DNA from: Macrostomum lignano
Taxonomy: Eukaryota
DNA: 64,000 nucleotides
Direction: 5' to 3'
NCBI GenBank assembly: GCA_002269645.1
Contig: NIVC01000052.1
Span: 558,001-622,000 of the forward strand
Shown here: positions 57,031 through 64,000 of the stretch, piece after piece
How the letters are laid out: every line of letters begins with the position of its first letter
How positions within the stretch are numbered: the first letter of the stretch is position 1
Made by a program: the position numbers and the translations under genes
Notes under the pieces: generated by a model
What the model was told of the DNA's origin: nothing
What the model saw: only the letters and a program-made list of their open reading frames with translations
Databases searched by the model: none

Positions 57031-59848
57031 GATCTAGTGTGCTTTAAAAAGTGTTGACATGGTTGGTATACTAGAAGGGCTAAATGGTGATGCACTAAAG
57101 GGATAACATACTAGAGAGAGAGAGAGAGCAAACACTCAAAGGGTGGCACATAAATAACATGAGAACTAACATGTTAAAGTTGAAAGATAGCATACTTATC
57201 TTGTTCATCTTGCTATGGCAAATTGCCAAAGGCTTTTATCACTTACACAGCATTGAGAAGCCTTAAATTAGTCATAGCAATTTTAGTTTTAATAATAATA
57301 GCTAGCTTGCAAGCTCTATAGTCAAGAAGGTGGCCTTGGCCAAGGTAAAATTCTGGCACTTACACAAGGGGTCCTTAGAGCACTTGGCATACAATCATGG
57401 TGCACATTGAGGTCCTTGGCGTATGCGGCACACAATCATGGTGCAAACTGAGGTCCCTAGTGCATGTAGCGCATAACTGTCGCGCATGCAGTGCATAAGT
57501 AAGGTCCCTGACATATGTGGTGCTATGTACAACTTTGGTTTATAAGGAATCAAAATAGAATCTTTATTAACATAAAACTGGCATAGCATATTGAGTCTAC
57601 ATGAATTATAAGAATTTTGTAAATGTCGTAAAATATATAATTTACATAAAATACATAACTTACATAAAATACATAAATTATCTAAATTATGTAAAATAAG
57701 GGCAGACATGGCGCACAGACGCCACACAGAAGGTGCACAAATGGCGCATAAACAGCGTACAGATTGCCCCAAAAAAATTATTTTGGCGCACACTATGCCA
57801 CCTTCCTTAGGCTACTATGGTGCAGGCTATAGAAAGTAAAGAAACATGCAAAGTTATATATTTTTTACAATTTTTAAGTAAAAAATAGTAAACTATTTGT
57901 TAGCTAAACAATAAATGCAATAGGCCTAGGCCTAATATAATATTACATTAAATTAAATATTAGGCTTTTATTTTAAATTTTAGAATTTGATTTGACAATC
58001 CCAAGTGTCAACTGTCAACACATGGTACAAGGAATAAAATTGCTTTGGCCCATGGCGCATGAAGAAAAAAAGGGGAAAATTTATTCTGGCACACGTGGTT
58101 CACGTTCCTGACAATGACCATTGGGGCCTAGCCTAATAACAATACTTTGATACAATACAATGGAATATCATTTTAAGGCAGGCTTAGTGCTACTTAAAAT
58201 CAATTGAACATATGGCATACAATATAACTAACAAATAAATGGCAGCTGTCAAATTATTTTGATCAAGGAAAATCACAAAATACATACGAAAATTTAACCA
58301 AAGGCACACCAAACAATAATATGGTCTGCATTTGCAGTTACAGTCAAAAGACTAATTAAACCAAATATTTATTTGACAGGCATAACTTTTGGACTTAATA
58401 TGTACAAAATAACCCAAAGAAGATAATAGAAACTCTAAATTCGCTTTTACCGCCGTTTTAAACAGTATTTTGATGAATTTATTGATGACACCAAAATATG
58501 ATTTTTATTCCGCTTGTTTTCTTTTTCTGAAAAATAACCGTATAGTTTAATTTGACCATAAATAGGTTTTCCGTTTAAAACAAAATTACTGTCATATTTT
58601 ATAGTTTAAACGATTACTTTAAGTTCAAGTTCATTTATATGAATGATAAAAATATTTTTTAAAAATTTTTACAATGCACATTAGTAATAAAGAAGTAGAG
58701 TTTTTATTTTAATTTTCTTTTGTATAGAATTTTTAACCGCCCTGCATTGCTAACCCGAACTATTAATTAAGTTAAACGACGCCGAAATTGTCACCATGCT
58801 ATTCGTGTTTTTTCGGTCTTAGTAAAATGAATCTTGTATAATTTAAAGAATCAGATCTTATGTTGCGAAGCATGCAGTATATTTTTGGCGAATCTTATAA
58901 CTAAACCTGCATGAATATGTTTCCAAAGCGTTATAATTTAATGTTTGCTTTTTAGCTTGTTTTTAAGTAGTATATTGGGATGTTATACTGCTTTTTGTAA
59001 ATTCAAATATGTTTTTTTCTATTTTGCTTGCCATTTGCCAAAAAGAAGGCAAAAATGGAAGGTTACGAAAATGTGGTGTAAAAAACGTTAAAAACTTTTA
59101 GTTTTATCAGATTACCACGCATGTAACTGTTCATCCTGCACTCTGTTCATCTGACGATCGCTTAAAGCGGTAGCTACTACCGAAAGCAATAGTCATTAGG
59201 ATGGGCTTTAAAAGCAGAAAAATTACGCGTGCAGCATCATTAAGATTTTGTACCTTTTAAAAACAAATAGAAAGCTTTTGAAGGTTGAAACAAACTATAG
59301 ATAAAAGTATAATACTTGCATCATCAGATAAAAGCATTGGTGACCAAATAATCTATTATATTTTTAATGTATTAGTACCTCAAAGTTACTGAATTGACAG
59401 AAAAAAATATGTTACGACCATAAGGCTGCCTTTTCTTTTGTATCTTTGTTGCCTTTTGAGTTTATATATTCTAATAAAAGAGTATGATTTCTAAAGATGT
59501 TCTTAGCCAAATTTTAAAAATGTATTGCAAAATATCAAAAAGGAAAAATGTTATAAGACTTTTACCTTTTAGTTTCTATATGTCAAAAATCTTGTCGTTA
59601 CGACCATAAGTGTCATTTAAGGTTTAATAGCATCTATACTAATGATGATATTTATATGAAACTCTATAAGTCTAAATTGTTTACTTTAGTTATTTAATTA
59701 TTTAAGAACCTAACATTTAAGTAAAGCTTAAATTAAATCTACATTTTAAACATAAAAATCATTTTACAACTTATTGCTTATATCAATTATTTTTTATTAA
59801 ACTCCCATTAGAAAAAGTTACATTTGTACAGATAGCCATAGATCTAGT

Positions 59849-60089
59849 CTAGGTTTATTTTTTGTATGCAGTGTGCATATGCACCTTAAATTTTAAAATT
59901 GCACCTTGAAATTGAAAAATGGATGCAGTTTAGATGCAGTCTCATAACCTATTTTTTTCCATTGAAGCCTTATTTACACTACCTTTGAATAAAAAAAGAG
60001 AAATTGCACTTTGAGCCTTAAAATTGCACCCTGAAAGTGAGCATAGGGTGCAATTTTGCACCTTGTCTCTGGCCAAAAAGAAAACCCTG
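59849..60089. mobile_element. hAT-type MITE (copy 2, carried by the tandem duplication)
   Basis: Same as 56790-57030, offset by 3059. Confidence 0.65.
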
Positions 60090-62771
60090 GATCTAGTGTG
60101 CTTTAAAAAGTGTTGACATGGTTGGTATACTAGAAGGGCTAAATGGTGATGCACTAAAGGGATAACATACTAGAGAGAGAGAGAGAGCAAACACTCAAAG
60201 GGTGGCACATAAATAACATGAGAACTAACATGTTAAAGTTGAAAGATAGCATACTTATCTTGTTCATCTTGCTATGGCAAATTGCCAAAGGCTTTTATCA
60301 CTTACACAGCATTGAGAAGCCTTAAATTAGTCATAGCAATTTTAGTTTTAATAATAATAGCTAGCTTGCAAGCTCTATAGTCAAGAAGGTGGCCTTGGCC
60401 AAGGTAAAATTCTGGCACTTACACAAGGGGTCCTTAGTGCACTTGGCATACAATCATGGTGCACATTGAGGTCCTTGGCGTATGCGGCACACAATCATGG
60501 TGCAAACTGAGGTCCCTAGTGCATGTAGCGCATAACTGTCGCGCATGCAGTGCATAAGTAAGGTCCCTGACATATGTGGTGCTATGTACAACTTTGGTTT
60601 ATAAGGAATCAAAATAGAATCTTTATTAACATAAAACTGGCATAGCATATTGAGTCTACATGAATTATAAGAATTTTGTAAATGTCGTAAAATATATAAT
60701 TTACATAAAATACATAACTTACATAAAATACATAAATTATCTAAATTATGTAAAATAAGGGCAGACATGGCGCACAGACGCCACACAGAAGGTGCACAAA
60801 TGGCGCATAAACAGCGTACAGATTGCCCCAAAAAAATTATTTTGGCGCACACTATGCCACCTTCCTTAGGCTACTATGGTGCAGGCTATAGAAAGTAAAG
60901 AAACATGCAAAGTTATATATTTTTTACAATTTTTAAGTAAAAAATAGTAAACTATTTGTTAGCTAAACAATAAATGCAATAGGCCTAGGCCTAATATAAT
61001 ATTACATTAAATTAAATATTAGGCTTTTATTTTAAATTTTAGAATTTGATTTGACAATCCCAAGTGTCAACTGTCAACACATGGTACAAGGAATAAAATT
61101 GCTTTGGCCCATGGCGCATGAAGAAAAAAAGGGGAAAATTTATTCTGGCACACGTGGTTCACGTTCCTGACAATGACCATTGGGGCCTAGCCTAATAACA
61201 ATACTTTGATACAATACAATGGAATATCATTTTAAGGCAGGCTTAGTGCTACTTAAAATCAATTGAACATATGGCATACAATATAACTAACAAATAAATG
61301 GCAGCTGTCAAATTATTTTGATCAAGGAAAATCACAAAATACATACGAAAATTTAACCAAAGGCACACCAAACAATAATATGGTCTGCATTTGCAGTTAC
61401 AGTCAAAAGACTAATTAAACCAAATATTTATTTGACAGGCATAACTTTTGGACTTAATATGTACAAAATAACCCAAAGAAGATAATAGAAACTCTAAATT
61501 CGCTTTTACCGCCGTTTTAAACAGTATTTTGATGAATTTATTGATGACACCAAAATATGATTTTTATTCCGCTTGTTTTCTTTTTCTGAAAAATAACCGT
61601 ATAGTTTAATTTGACCATAAATAGGTTTTCCGTTTAAAACAAAATTACTGTCATATTTTATAGTTTAAACGATTACTTTAAGTTCAAGTTCATTTATATG
61701 AATGATAAAAATATTTTTTAAAAATTTTTACAATGCACATTAGTAATAAAGAAGTAGAGTTTTTATTTTAATTTTCTTTTGTATAGAATTTTTAACCGCC
61801 CTGCATTGCTAACCCGAACTATTAATTAAGTTAAACGACGCCGAAATTGTCACCATGCTATTCGTGTTTTTTCGGTCTTAGTAAAATGAATCTTGTATAA
61901 TTTAAAGAATCAGATCTTATGTTGCGAAGCATGCAGTATATTTTTGGCGAATCTTATAACTAAACCTGCATGAATATGTTTCCAAAGCGTTATAATTTAA
62001 TGTTTGCTTTTTAGCTTGTTTTTAAGTAGTATATTGGGATGTTATACTGCTTTTTGTAAATTCAAATATGTTTTTTTCTATTTTGCTTGCCATTTGCCAA
62101 AAAGAAGGCAAAAATGGAAGGTTACGAAAATGTGGTGTAAAAAACGTTAAAAACTTTTAGTTTTATCAGATTACCACGCATGTAACTGTTCATCCTGCAC
62201 TCTGTTCATCTGACGATCGCTTAAAGCGGTAGCTACTACCGAAAGCAATAGTCATTAGGATGGGCTTTAAAAGCAGAAAAATTACGCGTGCAGTTGCGGA
62301 ATTGAGCGAGTAGTGCAGTTTCGAGAAGGCCTGGTGCGCCAGGTCTGTTAAGGTTCAGTGGGTGTCAAATGCTCCAAGGTTTGTGGGTCTTGGATGCGTG
62401 TCATGATTGATGACATAGGAGAATGGCTTGTAAATACAGCATGTTCTTAGCAAATGACAGTTTTACAGCACGAAGTAAGGACATGGGTTTATGACTTTAT
62501 TTGTACATGTAGGTCTCGGGTGATTTCTAAGAATGCGAGTGTGTTTCGGTGTGCTGTATGTGTATTTGCTGTCGCTGAGAAAAGATTCAGAGAGCACAGA
62601 TTGATTTCTGCTAGCCCGAGCATGGAGAGAAATAATTATTCTGGCGTCCCGGCTCCCGGATGTTGGGGCTCAATGCATCCATTAAATATGGACTCACTCC
62701 CTGTGCCCACTTTCTAGATTGCGCATGGGATCTCGGGTCATGACCTATAGAAGAGAGAGGTTAAGTTATCG

Positions 62772-63215
62772 ATGTCTGTAAGCGACATCTTACTGTAAGC
62801 GACATCTAACTGTAAGCGACATCTAACTGTAAGCGACATCTAACTGTAAGCGACATCTAACTGTAAGCGACATCTAACTGTAAGCGACATCTAACTGTAA
62901 GCGACATCTAACTGTAAGCGACATCTAACTGTAAGCGACATCTAACTGTAAGCGACATCTAACTGTAAGCGACATCTAACTGTAAGCGACATCTGACTGT
63001 AAGCGACATCTAACTGTAAGCGACATCTAACTGTAAGCGACATCTAACTGTAAGCGACATCTAACTGTAAGCGACATCTAACTGTAAGCGACATCTAACT
63101 GTAAGCGACATCTTACTGTAAGCGACATCTTACTGTAAGCGACATCTAACTGTAAGCGACATCTAACTGTAAGCGACATCTAACTGTAAGCGACATCTTA
63201 CTGGTAAGCGACATC
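62772..63215. repeat. 17-bp minisatellite TAAGCGACATCTAACTG
   Basis: About 26 near-identical tandem units. Confidence 0.95.
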
Positions 63216-64000
63216 TTTAAACATTCTCAAATACCATTTCAAACATGCTACATTTGACTGTAAACCAACCAAGAGTTCAGAGTCACTAGCCAATAAACTA
63301 TTGATCGGAATGTATGCAGCCGACAGAAAATTAATAAATTAATGCTGTTTTTGCCACCGGCTGCACTTCGCGTTTCATCTATTAATTTTGTGCTTGGCGT
63401 GTTTTGATAACGATAAAAATAGCCCACACAGGCTGCATAAATTAAGCATCGCCAAAAATAGACTTGAACGAAAAAATGGGAATGTAGGGTGCGGTGAGTC
63501 GGGAGGAGTGAGACGGCGGGAGTAAGGATGGCGAGTACTAAAACGCATGAACGAACGAGTAGCCTTGACAACAAGCCAGCCTTCCACCCACGCATCGAAG
63601 CTAGGGCTTGAGTTTGAGTAAGAGCTTGGATGGAACATGAGAAGAAGAGGAAAAGAAGAGAAGGCAAGTCCATGAATTTTTATACCGGGGCTATAAACGG
63701 GCTTTTGGAAGAAACTTTATGCTGCTAAAAATAGACTACAGAAAAGAAGTTGGCAAAGAAATTTCCTGCAATTTCAGAGACTGGCGCGGGCTGATGACGA
63801 TTCACTCTGAGAAGGCCATCGGGTTTTCTCCTCGTTTATGCTCGATTGAAGAGGCTTCGTCTCAACAGCCACCGCTGTAGAGGGGAGGATAGAGGAAGGC
63901 CAAGTGTCCAAAAATAGCCTAGCAACTCCAATATTGGCAGTCCGCCAGAAAAGCAGGCCGCCCAGCTTCCTCTGTGTCTGCCTTCCTACAGCGAGAAGCC

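Larger units (their letters stand above)
56176..62293. repeat. Tandem duplication of a 3059-bp AT-rich unit (56176-59234 / 59235-62293)
   Basis: Identical ORF pairs offset by 3059 (56883/59942, 57395/60454). Junction GTGCAG|CATCATT at 59234/59235. At least one difference (TTAGAGCAC versus TTAGTGCAC, about 57378/60437). Confidence 0.96.

Noticed and set aside
55170-62350. Whole AT-rich region as a Helitron or large hAT element
   Set aside because: No Rep/helicase or transposase remnants, and no matching terminal pair (TC...CTRR or TIR with TSD) could be defined.
63790-63830. Hammerhead ribozyme at CTGATGA (also 33433 and others)
   Set aside because: No stem II followed by GAAA and no cleavage-triplet geometry.

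Overview
Repeat-rich animal (metazoan) genomic DNA with spliceosomal GT-AG genes, not prokaryotic. The GC-rich exons embedded in long intronic minisatellites resemble a free-living flatworm such as Macrostomum, but this is inference only. Five host genes can be reconstructed exon by exon with consistent splice phases: a serine palmitoyltransferase small subunit (+, 7994-8694); a PIP4K2-family lipid kinase (-, 25822-12407) whose catalytic Lys and metal-binding Asp are both substituted (probable pseudokinase); a divergent SLC18/VMAT-like vesicular transporter (+, 28301-35220); a BNIP2/caytaxin-type BCH-domain gene (-, about 43956-38313); and a 7-finger C2H2 zinc-finger gene (-, 54883-52711). Mobile DNA comprises an intact BEL/Pao LTR retrotransposon with identical LTRs inside a PIP4K intron (14471-21300), a 2.9-kb hairpin-ended Polinton/adintovirus-like defective element (1259-4198), an internally deleted Tc1/IS630-type transposon, two tRNA-derived SINE families and a hAT-type MITE. 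There are also about 20 distinct minisatellite arrays and a 3059-bp near-perfect tandem duplication. The best candidates for new biology are the hairpin-ended mini-Polinton, the PIP4K pseudokinase, and the pocket substitutions in the SLC18 and SPTSS proteins. All alignments were made by eye against remembered reference sequences; no searches were run.
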